DNA of 64,000 nucleotides from Promethearchaeota archaeon (GTDB taxonomy: Archaea; Asgardarchaeota; Lokiarchaeia; Sigyniarchaeales; SOKP01). The notes under the pieces were generated by a model, which had not been told where the DNA came from, searched no databases, and saw nothing but the letters and a program-made list of their open reading frames with translations. The DNA is taken from the NCBI GenBank assembly GCA_048941285.1, contig JBHLNS010000005.1, positions 66,169 to 130,168 of the forward strand, written 5' to 3'. This document shows positions 18,621 through 28,214 of the stretch, in pieces (the first letter of the stretch is position 1; every line of letters begins with the position of its first letter). Position numbers and translations under genes: made by a program.

Positions 18621-19040
18621 TTATTGACTAGCACTAATGATTCTATTTGTCTCTTCTCTTATACTTTGGATTATATTCAGTAATTGTGCAAAATAGAGAT
18701 TGTCAGTTACCGCCTTAGATGCTTTTTTTATTATGTCAATTGCTTTCTTTTCTTCTTCTGTTATCGCTTCAATAGATTTCTTATCCCATAGTTCTTTTAG
18801 TTTTTGATTAAAATCATCAGACAAGTCTGTAAGACTTTTTGTTGACTGCACCCTGAATTGCTTTAAAACTTCTACTATTAATCTAATATTTTCTGTCATA
18901 GCTACTGTTTGTTCAGAAAAATTTTGACTCATTTGATTTATTGCACCCCTCATTTGATTAATCTGAGCTATCGTTCCATCTAAAGAAGCCATAATTTGAT
19001 TTATTTTTTGAATCATCTCATCCAATAACTTCTCTGCCAT
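18621..19040 (-). CDS. Coiled-coil hypothetical protein
   Basis: Heptad pattern; overlaps the upstream partner by 1 nt (TAATG). Confidence 0.7.
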   Translation of the reverse strand: MAEKLLDEMIQKINQIMASLDGTIAQINQMRGAINQMSQNFSEQTVAMTENIRLIVEVLKQFRVQSTKSLTDLSDDFNQKLKELWDKKSIEAITEEEKKAIDIIKKASKAVTDNLYFAQLLNIIQSIREETNRIISASQ

Positions 19041-19453
19041 TATTCTAATACCTCTTCTTCTTTAATAGATTTTTTAAGAATTTTAACAGAATCAATTGCT
19101 TCTGATAACAATAAATTTACAGTATCCTGATTGAGAACTCCTTCTGAAAGCTTAGAGAAATCTTCAAGTTTCTTTATAAGATTTTTAAGCGCATCTAAAC
19201 CTAAACCTTCTTGAATTACTTTTAATTCGGTTGTTGTTCCTGCTCCAATTTCCTTAACAACATCGATATGTTTAGTTTGAGTGACATTTATTTCATTTGA
19301 GAATTCCTCTAATTTTGCAGTTAAATTTGAAATCTTATTTTCAATATTTTGATTAAGGCTATCGATAGAAGTCTTTAGCTCTTGTATAGCTTGACCTAGT
19401 TGTGCTATTCTTTTATAAATATTCTGAAGGAGATCTGTTAACATTTCAGCCAT
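19040..19453 (-). CDS. Coiled-coil hypothetical protein
   Basis: Heptad pattern; N-terminus (MAEML..L...I..I) similar to the neighbour's. Confidence 0.7.
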   Translation of the reverse strand: MAEMLTDLLQNIYKRIAQLGQAIQELKTSIDSLNQNIENKISNLTAKLEEFSNEINVTQTKHIDVVKEIGAGTTTELKVIQEGLGLDALKNLIKKLEDFSKLSEGVLNQDTVNLLLSEAIDSVKILKKSIKEEEVLE

Positions 19454-19595
19454 TGCATATCAACTTATTCAATAATTTTTTATTAATTAACTAAAGTCTC
19501 TTTTTATTATTTCAATTATAAATTAAAAAGATAAAAATTTTTATCTTTTTTCTGATTTAATTAGTTTATAATAATTAATCATTTTCAATTTACTT

Positions 19596-19741
19596 GGGCC
19601 ATTAGCTCAGATTGGTTAACAAGTTTTTATATGCTTGGTCAACAAGCGCAGGTCTTATAAATGACTATCGGACATACAGTAAATAGAACTGTCCGATAAA
19701 GTAAAAACCTGAGATCCGGGGTTCAAATCCCCGATGGCCCA
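19596..19741 (+). tRNA. tRNA-Ile(UAU) with two BHB introns (25 nt at 21/22, 19619-19643; 46 nt at 38/39, 19661-19706)
   Basis: Acceptor GGGCCAU/AUGGCCC, A73, anticodon arm CAGGU-CUUAUAA-ACCUG, T-arm CGGGG-UUCAAAU-CCCCG; central helices UGGU/GUCA and UUAU/GUAA; mature length 75 nt. Confidence 0.88.
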
Positions 19742-19898
19742 TTTTCAATAGATTTTTTAAGAAATAATTTTGATATTTAGACTAATATTCGTGAAACATC
19801 TATTTTACGCTTATTCATATATACCTTAAGGATATGTCTAGATATATTTGCATAATATTATTGATTAAAATTAGGAGTAAAAATATTAGAAAGAAGTT

Positions 19899-20591
19899 TT
19901 ATTTATCTAAATTTGAACTGATTAAATCAAGAAGCCATTTTTTTATTTGTGTAAGATTTTTAAGAATTCCAGGTACAAGATTATCAGGAAAAGTGTGTTC
20001 TTGTTCCAATCTTTGAGCAGTTTCCATCCACTTATTTAGAGCTAATTGTACTAAGCTAGCACCCTCAGCTTCCATAAATATTGGGACAACAGCTGCAGAT
20101 TCTCTAGCATCACCTATAGCAAAATAAATTTTTCTATTTATTCCTTTTAACATCACTAAGTTAGCACATTCATCAAGTTTTCTTTCAACTAATATGCTTT
20201 TTAAAATCTGATTTTTTAATTGAGTGTCCTTCTTAGTGAATAGATTTTTGCGCTTTTTTAGTAACGGTTGAATTTCTGATATTACTTTATCACCAGTGGT
20301 TCCCTCACTAAAATATTTAGTGATTTTTAAAGATTTATCTAAAGCTTCTATAGAAATGAATTTTTTGCTATTTGAATAAAATACTGCTTTAGATCCACCC
20401 TCATCTTCACTTGAAGATAGTTTTATATAGATATTTCTCATAGTTACTGAATTACATGTATGATAGGCTAATTCAAATAACTCTCGAGGAATTAGAGCCT
20501 CATATTCTTCTTCTATTTTTTTAGAAAGCCATTGAGAAGTAATAACATTATTAAATTGGGTTAAAAGCCTGTTTTCCATTACAAACCCCAA
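19899..20591 (-). CDS. Hypothetical protein downstream of SepSecS
   Basis: 230-aa ORF with no recognised motif. Confidence 0.7.
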   Translation of the reverse strand: MGFVMENRLLTQFNNVITSQWLSKKIEEEYEALIPRELFELAYHTCNSVTMRNIYIKLSSSEDEGGSKAVFYSNSKKFISIEALDKSLKITKYFSEGTTGDKVISEIQPLLKKRKNLFTKKDTQLKNQILKSILVERKLDECANLVMLKGINRKIYFAIGDARESAAVVPIFMEAEGASLVQLALNKWMETAQRLEQEHTFPDNLVPGILKNLTQIKKWLLDLISSNLDK

Positions 20592-20698
20592 CGCACGATT
20601 TTGAATCCTTCAAATAATTTTTATTTAAATATAATACTTCTAGTTTTTATTTATTTTTATTTCTGTTCAAATAGAATATTGAAAAATGTGAAATATTT

Positions 20699-22075
20699 TT
20701 ATTTTTTGACTATTTGATTATAAGCTTTTTCAAATCTCTCCACGGCAGAAACGATATTTTTTTCAGTTGCTCCAATTGCAGCGTTCATTACAATATAAGG
20801 GGTTGGATAATTTTTACAACATGTCCCAAATACATTTTCTTTTGGATTGTATACTCTTGGTCCGGTGACTCGTAAATTATATAATGCTCCGCCAAGAGCG
20901 TATAATTGTTCTTTTTTCAAATTATTTAATGATAATGCTACAGCTACTGGATTATAAATATCAAGAACTTTTTCATTTATTTTTTCAGCAACTTCTCTGA
21001 GTTTCACATCTAAAATTTTCCGGTTTTTCTGTTGTTCTACAATTAATTTTTGATAACCAGAAATACCCAAAGACAACATTGAAATTAAAAAGTTCACAAC
21101 TGGTGTAGCTGAGGCACGACCGGCATATGCTTGGCTGATTTTTTTTATATTTTCTTTTAAAGGGGATGCTATAACTGCCCCGCCGACAGGTGTAAGAAAA
21201 TTCTTATCTGTCGATTGAATAATAGCATCTATTCTTCCTGCATCAATTCCAGATCGAATTATTTTCATCCATTCTGGACTTTGGACGCCATATGCGTTTA
21301 TAACGATGTGAACGAGGTTATTCTCTTTTGCAAATTTACTTATTTCTTTAATATTATCATGTTCTCGTGGTGGAAAAAAGCTAGTAATTGAAATTATGCC
21401 AAAACAATCACTATCCAAAGTATTTTTTATATCCTCAATCGGTATTCTAACGGCGTCTCCAAAAATCTGTCCTGGAACAATTTTAGCATTAAATCCCATG
21501 AGAGCAATTGATTTTAAAAGAGATTTATGATCAATCTGAGGAACTAAGACTGTTCGTTTATCAGTCGAATTCTTCTCACTCTGATTTGGCCTTAACGCGC
21601 CTAATGCTAAGGATAATGACATTCCTGTGCATAATGGGACTACAATTGCATCCTCTATGTTAGGTAACCCAGCATTTCTTAAGATACTTCGAGCTAAATA
21701 GTTGGATATTTCATACATTATAGATCCTCCTGGTGCTTTTGGTTGAGGAGCTGTTAAAAAGCCGCTTCTTCCAACACCATGACAAAACCCGGCAGAAGTC
21801 TTTAAATGTAGTTTTGATGCGATTCTCGCTTCTCTTTCGCCTACTCTAGCGGCATTATAATCTTTATCCGTATCCATATTCGAAAGGGTTTGAAGCAGAA
21901 ACTCAATTTGTTCATCAGTCCAAGGTTCAATAGGTACAGATCTTTGCTCAAAAAGGATTTTAATAGGTTTCAAGAACTCATTTAAAACAAGTTGACCCCT
22001 ATTCAGCATATTTTCAGGAATATTTGAATTTTCAAAAAAATCTATAATTTTGTTAAAATCAACCATTAAAAACAC
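20699..22075 (-). CDS. spcS: O-phosphoseryl-tRNA(Sec) selenium transferase (SepSecS)
   Basis: VGEREAR, HGVGRSG, QPKAPG, IDHKS, NAYG, QSTDKNFLTPVGG, YAGRAS; adjacent to tRNA-Sec. Confidence 0.95.
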   Translation of the reverse strand: MFLMVDFNKIIDFFENSNIPENMLNRGQLVLNEFLKPIKILFEQRSVPIEPWTDEQIEFLLQTLSNMDTDKDYNAARVGEREARIASKLHLKTSAGFCHGVGRSGFLTAPQPKAPGGSIMYEISNYLARSILRNAGLPNIEDAIVVPLCTGMSLSLALGALRPNQSEKNSTDKRTVLVPQIDHKSLLKSIALMGFNAKIVPGQIFGDAVRIPIEDIKNTLDSDCFGIISITSFFPPREHDNIKEISKFAKENNLVHIVINAYGVQSPEWMKIIRSGIDAGRIDAIIQSTDKNFLTPVGGAVIASPLKENIKKISQAYAGRASATPVVNFLISMLSLGISGYQKLIVEQQKNRKILDVKLREVAEKINEKVLDIYNPVAVALSLNNLKKEQLYALGGALYNLRVTGPRVYNPKENVFGTCCKNYPTPYIVMNAAIGATEKNIVSAVERFEKAYNQIVKK

Positions 22076-22088
22076 TTTATCTATAATT

Positions 22089-22181
22089 TGGCGGCCCTCG
22101 AGGGGAATCGAACCCCTACCCCTCCGCAGGATAACTGGGTTTGAAGCCCAGCGTCAGAGACCACTCCAACCGTCAAGGGCC
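22089..22181 (-). tRNA. selC: tRNA-Sec(UCA), 9/4 archaeal/eukaryotic fold, CCA encoded, intron-less
   Basis: 9-bp acceptor GGCCCUUGA/UCGAGGGCC, 7-bp D stem, UCA anticodon, long variable arm, 4-bp T stem, G73. Confidence 0.95.
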
Positions 22182-22254
22182 ATAAAAACTTCTTGCTGCT
22201 AATTCAATTTATTTATCTTTTTAAAATAAGTTTTTGGTTATATATAATCATAAT

Positions 22255-23469
22255 TTAAAAAAATTCTGAGATATCTTTTCCTTCTTCAAAGATAGCATTA
22301 ATTTTCTCCATAAAATTAGGAATGTCTATTTGTTGAGGACATTTATCGAGACATTCACCACATTTTGTACATAAATTAGCAGCTCCATCTGCTTCATCTC
22401 CATCAGACAACATTGTTTCCAAATCTTCTGAGGTTTTTGCCATCCTATTGTAAAAGAACATAAGTCTCTCTTTACGCTCATTACCCCAATAACCTATTTC
22501 ATTTAGTAATCTGAACACCCATGGAATTGAAACCCCATTTGGACAGGGTATACAATATTTGCACCCAGTACAAGGTACAAGGTTGTATTTTCTATATGCT
22601 TTACGTAATTCAGTAATTGTTTTTAATTCTTTTTCAGTTAAATGTTTTATCCCTGATCGATCTGCCGATTCTATATTTTCTTTTACCTGTTGCATTTTAC
22701 TCATGCCACTTAGGACAACTGAAACTTCAGGATGACTCCAAACGAATTGTAAGGCTAATTCAGCCATTGTTCTCTCAGTTTTATTCTTTTTTAGAATTTC
22801 GTTAATTTCAGGTTTTGAATCTAATTTTTCTACAGGAATAGCTAACTGGCCTCCTCGAATCGGCTCCATAATAATTAATGCTATATTCTTTTCACCAGCA
22901 TATTTTACTCCTTTTATTCCTGCTTGATATTCAACATCTAAATAATTAAATTGGATTTGACAGCAGTCCCATTTATAAAAATCAATAGCCTCTTTGAACA
23001 CTTCAAATGTATCATGAAATGAAAAACCTACATACTTAATCAATCCACTATTCCTTGCTTCTTCCATTTTCTCGATTAATTTGAATTTTTTGATCTTTTC
23101 TAATCGTTCTTTATTTAACCCATGGAATAGATATATATCAGGTTTGGATTGTAATCTTTCAATTTGTTCATGTAAGAATTCATCAAAATCCTCTCTTTTT
23201 TTAACTAACCACAAAGGTAATTTTGTTGTAAGATGAACTTTCTCACGATACCCCTCTTGGAGTGCTTTTCCCACAATTACTTCACTCTGCCCATTGTGGT
23301 AAGGATATGCTGTGTCGATATAATTTATCCCATTATCAATAGCGTAACGAAGCATTTTAATTGCCTGTTCTTCATCAACAGTCTTTTGATCCACTATAGG
23401 AAATCTCATTGCTCCGAATCCAAGAACAGATACATCCCAGTTAAGAGAACCCATTCTTCTATATTTCAT
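22255..23469 (-). CDS. Aldo/keto reductase with C-terminal 4Fe-4S domain
   Basis: LGFGAMR, IDTAYPY, MEPIRGG, CTGCKYCIPCP, CTKCGECLDKCPQ. Confidence 0.92.
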   Translation of the reverse strand: MKYRRMGSLNWDVSVLGFGAMRFPIVDQKTVDEEQAIKMLRYAIDNGINYIDTAYPYHNGQSEVIVGKALQEGYREKVHLTTKLPLWLVKKREDFDEFLHEQIERLQSKPDIYLFHGLNKERLEKIKKFKLIEKMEEARNSGLIKYVGFSFHDTFEVFKEAIDFYKWDCCQIQFNYLDVEYQAGIKGVKYAGEKNIALIIMEPIRGGQLAIPVEKLDSKPEINEILKKNKTERTMAELALQFVWSHPEVSVVLSGMSKMQQVKENIESADRSGIKHLTEKELKTITELRKAYRKYNLVPCTGCKYCIPCPNGVSIPWVFRLLNEIGYWGNERKERLMFFYNRMAKTSEDLETMLSDGDEADGAANLCTKCGECLDKCPQQIDIPNFMEKINAIFEEGKDISEFF

Positions 23470-23725
23470 ATTAATCCTATAATTTTTATGATAGATATTC
23501 TAAAGTAAAAATAATAATTGAAATTTTTTATTATTTTCAATCTAGAATCAAATTTTCATGTTTATTGAGAAAATTAGATCATATAGATAAAAGAAATTTT
23601 ATTGAAATAACTATTTCAAAAGTCAAGTTTTTTTAATAATGAATTAGTAAATTTTGACTGTTTTTCTCTTTATAAATATGTAACTGTTATCTATTTAAAA
23701 GAAAGTTATAAAAAAGTGAAATTTT

Positions 23726-23881
23726 ATGAGTAGCGAAGGAGAATTCTTAATCAAATTACAATTAATCGAATGCCCTTTTTTTCCATCATGTAGACTTCCA
23801 AAAATACAATTTTTATGTAAAATCCCAGAATGTAAAAACTGTCCTGATTATATTTCTAAACTACAAAAAATTAGGACATAA
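23726..23881 (+). CDS. Small cysteine-rich hypothetical protein (51 aa)
   Basis: MSSEGEFLIKLQLIECPFFPSCRLPKIQFLCKIPECKNCPDYISKLQKIRT; five Cys. Confidence 0.55.
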   Translation: MSSEGEFLIKLQLIECPFFPSCRLPKIQFLCKIPECKNCPDYISKLQKIRT

Positions 23882-23885
23882 AAAA

Positions 23886-24608
23886 CTAAAATTTACTAGT
23901 AATTTGGTTTCTATATTTAATATATTCCTTCAGATGTTTAATTTTTTCAAGTTTAAAGCGTTTTATTCCCAATTCTGACATTGTAATATCATAAATCTTT
24001 TCAATAAAAGTAACAATTAGGAATGCTGTAGCACCCCATACAGTGTATTTCTGAGTATTTTCATTGTCTATGTAATTAAAATAAAAAATTGGAAACTTCC
24101 TGTTTTCTATATCTACAGCTTGTTCTCTAAAATTAATTTTACTTGTGAAAAAGTTAATTGGAATTTTTAAGATTCTCTGAACTTCTCTGTCATCTTTTAC
24201 TAAAACTTGATCTTTATCAATAACTCCTAAAAATGGGGTTATAATATATCGTGTCATTGTGGGAAAATCATCTAAGCATCCCAAAATACTAATATTTTTC
24301 CTATGTACTCCAATTTCTTCTTCTGTTTCCCTTAATACGGTATCTTTTAAATGTTTATCAAGCTTAGGGTCAAATTTTCCTCCAGGAAATGACATTTCCC
24401 CACTATGCCTTGTTCCTTTTTCTGAACGATGAATTAAAACTAATTCATACGGTTTATCTCGATAGGGAATTATTGTAAAAAGAACAGCAGAACTAGTAAA
24501 AAAAGCATCTTTAATAGAGACTCTTAATGGAGAATCACAAGGATATAGAGCTTTTCTAATTAAATCTCTATCAAAAATAAAGGTTGCTGTATCCATTTCT
24601 TTTAGCAA
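23886..24608 (-). CDS. NUDIX hydrolase, CoA pyrophosphatase type
   Basis: HSGEMSFPGG, RETEEEIG, VWGATA. Confidence 0.9.
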   Translation of the reverse strand: MLKEMDTATFIFDRDLIRKALYPCDSPLRVSIKDAFFTSSAVLFTIIPYRDKPYELVLIHRSEKGTRHSGEMSFPGGKFDPKLDKHLKDTVLRETEEEIGVHRKNISILGCLDDFPTMTRYIITPFLGVIDKDQVLVKDDREVQRILKIPINFFTSKINFREQAVDIENRKFPIFYFNYIDNENTQKYTVWGATAFLIVTFIEKIYDITMSELGIKRFKLEKIKHLKEYIKYRNQITSKF

Positions 24609-24679
24609 AAATTTTAAGATATTATGTATTTAAAAAACATAATATTCTATTCTAATAAAGTTTTTACAAGTGTTTAGCT

Positions 24680-24979
24680 ATGAAACTTCCGAAGGAGATT
24701 AAAGATAAAAAAGAATTAACTAGATTAACTAAAAGTAAAAAGTGCTCTATAAAAGGTTGCGGAGAAATTGCCATACGTTCACTTTCAGAAAATACTTGGA
24801 AAAATTACATTGAAAAAGCAGGTCTACAATTTAATAACAATTCTTTTCATAAGATTTATTTATGTAAAGCCCATTATAATCAATCCAATAAATATAGGAA
24901 ATCACAAGAAAAGATTTTTCAGAAAAAAGGATTTTTAGATAATTCAGAAGCAGCAAAAAAAGGAAAATGGGATTATTAA
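24680..24979 (+). CDS. Small archaeal zinc-binding hypothetical protein
   Basis: CSIKGC...AIRSLS...YLCKAHY. Confidence 0.7.
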   Translation: MKLPKEIKDKKELTRLTKSKKCSIKGCGEIAIRSLSENTWKNYIEKAGLQFNNNSFHKIYLCKAHYNQSNKYRKSQEKIFQKKGFLDNSEAAKKGKWDY

Positions 24980-25101
24980 GGAATTAATGCCATTTCTTCA
25001 TAAATAGAATTTAACAATAGATGTTGTCCTTGAATTATTCCTATCACCAAAAGTGATAATGCAACTAGAAAGATTATAATTGCAATTAGTTTATTTCTCA
25101 T
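24976..25101 (-). CDS. Small single-TM protein (41 aa)
   Basis: MRNKLIAIIIFLVALSLLVIGIIQGQHLLLNSIYEEMALIP. Confidence 0.5.
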   Translation of the reverse strand: MRNKLIAIIIFLVALSLLVIGIIQGQHLLLNSIYEEMALIP

Positions 25102-25151
25102 CTTTATCAAGTTTTAAAATATTTGATAATAAAATATTTTTACGAAAAAAC

Positions 25152-26021
25152 TTACTTTGTCAAATCTTCTAAAGTTTTAATTTTGGTTTCAATTTTTTTT
25201 AATCTTAAATCAAATTCTTTATCCTTTTCTTCGTATTCATCTTCGCTTATTTCTTTTGCGTGAAATCTCCCTTTACTAAGTTTTCGTTCACTGTTGACCT
25301 CAGCTTTTTCCAATTTTAAATCTTGAATCCAAAGTTTCATTCCAGCTATTAAATCATCTTTTTCTTTTTCTAAATCAGATTTTTCTTGTTTATATTTATC
25401 TCTTAGTTTTTCAAAAGTTTCATCATCAACTTTGTGCAATTTATGTTCTTTTGATAGATTTTCTAGTTGAAATACTTTAGTCTCAATATCACTTGTGATC
25501 CTTTGAACTATAAAAGGTTCCTCTAAATTTTGCTTAATAACACTCTCCTTTTGTTTCAATTCGTTTATAAGAGTTTTTAAAGCTTCCAATTTTAGAGTTA
25601 TTTCTTTTTTAAAATTAGGGTCGTATTCATATTTAGGATCTTTCGTAGATTTAGAAAGTTCAGTTAATTTCTCAATAAGAACTTTTTTATTTAGTTGAAT
25701 GTCATTGTATTCAATGTAATAAACCATTTGTTCCTTCACTTCTTCTGGTAGTGGTTTAAAATCTCCAGTTTCTTTTGATTTCGTGAATAATTTTTTCTTT
25801 ATATATTTTGGTTCTTCATCAAAACCTTCTTCAATCCTTTCTTCTTTTACTTCTTCAGCTTTCTTTTCAACTTGTTTAACTTTTTCTTCTTTAACAGGTT
25901 CTGGACGTTTTGGTTTTACTTCTCTCTTAGAAATATCAGTGAGTAGGGGCTTTCCACAAATTATGCAGTATTTATCATTCTCTTTTACAGGATTCCCACA
26001 ATAGGGACAAAATTTACTCAT
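25152..26021 (-). CDS. Zinc-ribbon plus long coiled-coil protein (CdvA-like C-terminal coils)
   Basis: CPYC..CIIC N-terminus; repeated G/K-E/V-I/D-S/D-x-D-E-Y/F helical turns. Confidence 0.65.
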   Translation of the reverse strand: MSKFCPYCGNPVKENDKYCIICGKPLLTDISKREVKPKRPEPVKEEKVKQVEKKAEEVKEERIEEGFDEEPKYIKKKLFTKSKETGDFKPLPEEVKEQMVYYIEYNDIQLNKKVLIEKLTELSKSTKDPKYEYDPNFKKEITLKLEALKTLINELKQKESVIKQNLEEPFIVQRITSDIETKVFQLENLSKEHKLHKVDDETFEKLRDKYKQEKSDLEKEKDDLIAGMKLWIQDLKLEKAEVNSERKLSKGRFHAKEISEDEYEEKDKEFDLRLKKIETKIKTLEDLTK

Positions 26022-26264
26022 AAGTTCATCAATTTATAGATGTTTTAATATCCTTTAACTAAAATAAATGAAACTTTAATTATAAGTCTATTAGAGTCCA
26101 ATATTTAAAAGAATTATTATGTTAATCCTTATGTTGCTTTCTTTTTAGATTGTTAAAAAAGCTAGAAAAGCCATAAAAAGTAAATAATCTCTTGAAAAAA
26201 GTAAAATTATTTATTATATTCAATAAAAATGTATAAATTTTGTAGATTTTTTTAGATATTAGAT

Positions 26265-27683
26265 ATGGAAATTGAAAAGAAAATCCCAATTCACATTGGT
26301 TTATTTGGACATATTGACTCTGGGAAGACAAAAATAGCAGAAGGACTCAGTCAAATCATTTCCACTGCAGGTATTGACGCACATCCTCAAAGCAAAGAAC
26401 GAGGTATTACAATTGATTTAGGTTTTACTAGTTTTTTACTTGATAAATACCTGGTAACATTAGTTGATGGCCCAGGTCATGCTGATTTAATAAAGATCAG
26501 TGCTTCCTCTGTAGAAATAATAGATTGTGGTTTAATTGTTATCGATATTAATAAAGGTCCTCAAGTTCAAACTGGAGAACATCTAATTATGATTGAATCT
26601 CTCAAGATAAATAAACTCATTGTAGTTCTCAATAAAATTGATCTATATAGTGGTAGCATTGAAGAAGAAATAAAAAAAACAAGAGAATTTTTTAACTCAA
26701 CCTCTTTTGGCTATGATGTGCCTATTTTTGCTGTTTCTGCTAAAAAAAAGATCGGATTTGAAGAATTGAAAGAAGGAATTCTAAAAACTATAGATTCATT
26801 AAAAATTGAGAGAAATATAGAAGGAGATCTCATTATTCCAGTTGATCACCATTTTCCTATTAGAGGTATGGGTGTGATATTAACTGGCACTATACTGAAT
26901 GGCTCTCTGAAAAGGAATCAAAATTTAGATATATTACCGATAAAAGTCTCAGGTAGAGTTAAAAATATTCAGATTTTTCACCAAGATGTTCATTCAGCAA
27001 AAGCAGGTGATAGGGTTGGGATTAATCTAAGGGGAATTGATTGGAAAAAAATTTTTCGGGGATGTTATGTTACTTCTAATCCTAAAACTTTTGAAAATTG
27101 TAATATAATCGAAGTTAAAGTAAATAATAATCCATTATTTAAACCTAAAACAAGTTTCGGAACTCAAATGCACATTACTATTGGAATGTTTACTTCTACC
27201 GGAAATATTTATCCTTATTATGAATTGGATGGAAAACGGATACAAACAACAGTATCCAACAAAGATCAAGGGTTTAAAGCAATAATCTTATTCAAAGAAA
27301 AAGTCTTAATCAGGAAAAAGAATTTGATTATGTTACTCAGCCGATTGGATTTACCTCCAACTACTTTAAGAATATTGGGATCAGCAGAATTATTAAAAAT
27401 ATATGATGAACCACCAATATTTTATAAATATAAAACCAAAAAAGGAATTATTAAAAATCCAGATCACCCCGAAGGAATTATATGTACTGGTTTAGCACAA
27501 AGTGCTATTGGCGCAAAAAAACTCATTGGGAAAGTTTTAGAACCACCGTTTACAAAAATTTTAAATACTTTTGGGACCAAAGGTGCTGTGATAATTGGTT
27601 CTAAAGAACAAAAAAAAAGGGCAAAGAGAGGAGATTCAGTATATCTCAAAGAATTAAGAAGTTTTAAACTAAAAAACATTTAA
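26265..27683 (+). CDS. selB: Selenocysteine-specific elongation factor SelB
   Basis: GHIDSGKT, ERGITIDLGF, DGPGH, QTGEH, NKID; near tRNA-Sec and SepSecS. Confidence 0.92.
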   Translation: MEIEKKIPIHIGLFGHIDSGKTKIAEGLSQIISTAGIDAHPQSKERGITIDLGFTSFLLDKYLVTLVDGPGHADLIKISASSVEIIDCGLIVIDINKGPQVQTGEHLIMIESLKINKLIVVLNKIDLYSGSIEEEIKKTREFFNSTSFGYDVPIFAVSAKKKIGFEELKEGILKTIDSLKIERNIEGDLIIPVDHHFPIRGMGVILTGTILNGSLKRNQNLDILPIKVSGRVKNIQIFHQDVHSAKAGDRVGINLRGIDWKKIFRGCYVTSNPKTFENCNIIEVKVNNNPLFKPKTSFGTQMHITIGMFTSTGNIYPYYELDGKRIQTTVSNKDQGFKAIILFKEKVLIRKKNLIMLLSRLDLPPTTLRILGSAELLKIYDEPPIFYKYKTKKGIIKNPDHPEGIICTGLAQSAIGAKKLIGKVLEPPFTKILNTFGTKGAVIIGSKEQKKRAKRGDSVYLKELRSFKLKNI

Positions 27684-27723
27684 ATTTTTGAAAATTAATA
27701 TTATCTTAAGTGAGGTGTTTAAA

Positions 27724-28158
27724 TTGGAAAAAGCAAAAGAATCTGAAATTAATATCAGCCAAGAAATACTAGATGAGTTGATGCGGAGTCTAGAAAATTT
27801 AGAAGCATCAACAGACTTAGAAGGAACCGCAGTAGTTTCAAAAACCGGGTTACGTATTGCAAGTTCTGAAACTGCTGATGTTGTATGGGATATTTATAGC
27901 GCCAGTCCAGCTACATTAATCTCTTTAGGAGAGAAGATTAGTCAAGGGTTAGAACAAGGAGAGTTAAGAGATATTGTAATTAGAGGAACTAAAGGCTACA
28001 CTATTATTCTGGTTGGATCTGCTGATAATAATTTCATGTTATTTACAAATTGCAAAAAAGGGTATAAACTAGGTTATTATTTTCATAAAATTAGGAAAGC
28101 CTTTAGAGAAATGGAATCTGTTCTGAAAAAAATTGAAACAAAAGAATTGAGATATTAA
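27724..28158 (+). CDS. Roadblock/LC7 domain protein
   Basis: EGTAVVSKTGLRIAS, GELRDIVIRGTKGY; TTG start after GAGGTG. Confidence 0.85.
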   Translation: MEKAKESEINISQEILDELMRSLENLEASTDLEGTAVVSKTGLRIASSETADVVWDIYSASPATLISLGEKISQGLEQGELRDIVIRGTKGYTIILVGSADNNFMLFTNCKKGYKLGYYFHKIRKAFREMESVLKKIETKELRY

Positions 28159-28214
28159 AATTAATTATTATGTTTCATACTAAAATTCATGAAGGGTAAA
28201 GAAAAACATTTTCT

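Noticed and set aside
19666-19698. Possible nested intron within the 46-nt tRNA-Ile intron
   Set aside because: Only one bulge is present; no second 3-nt bulge in BHB geometry
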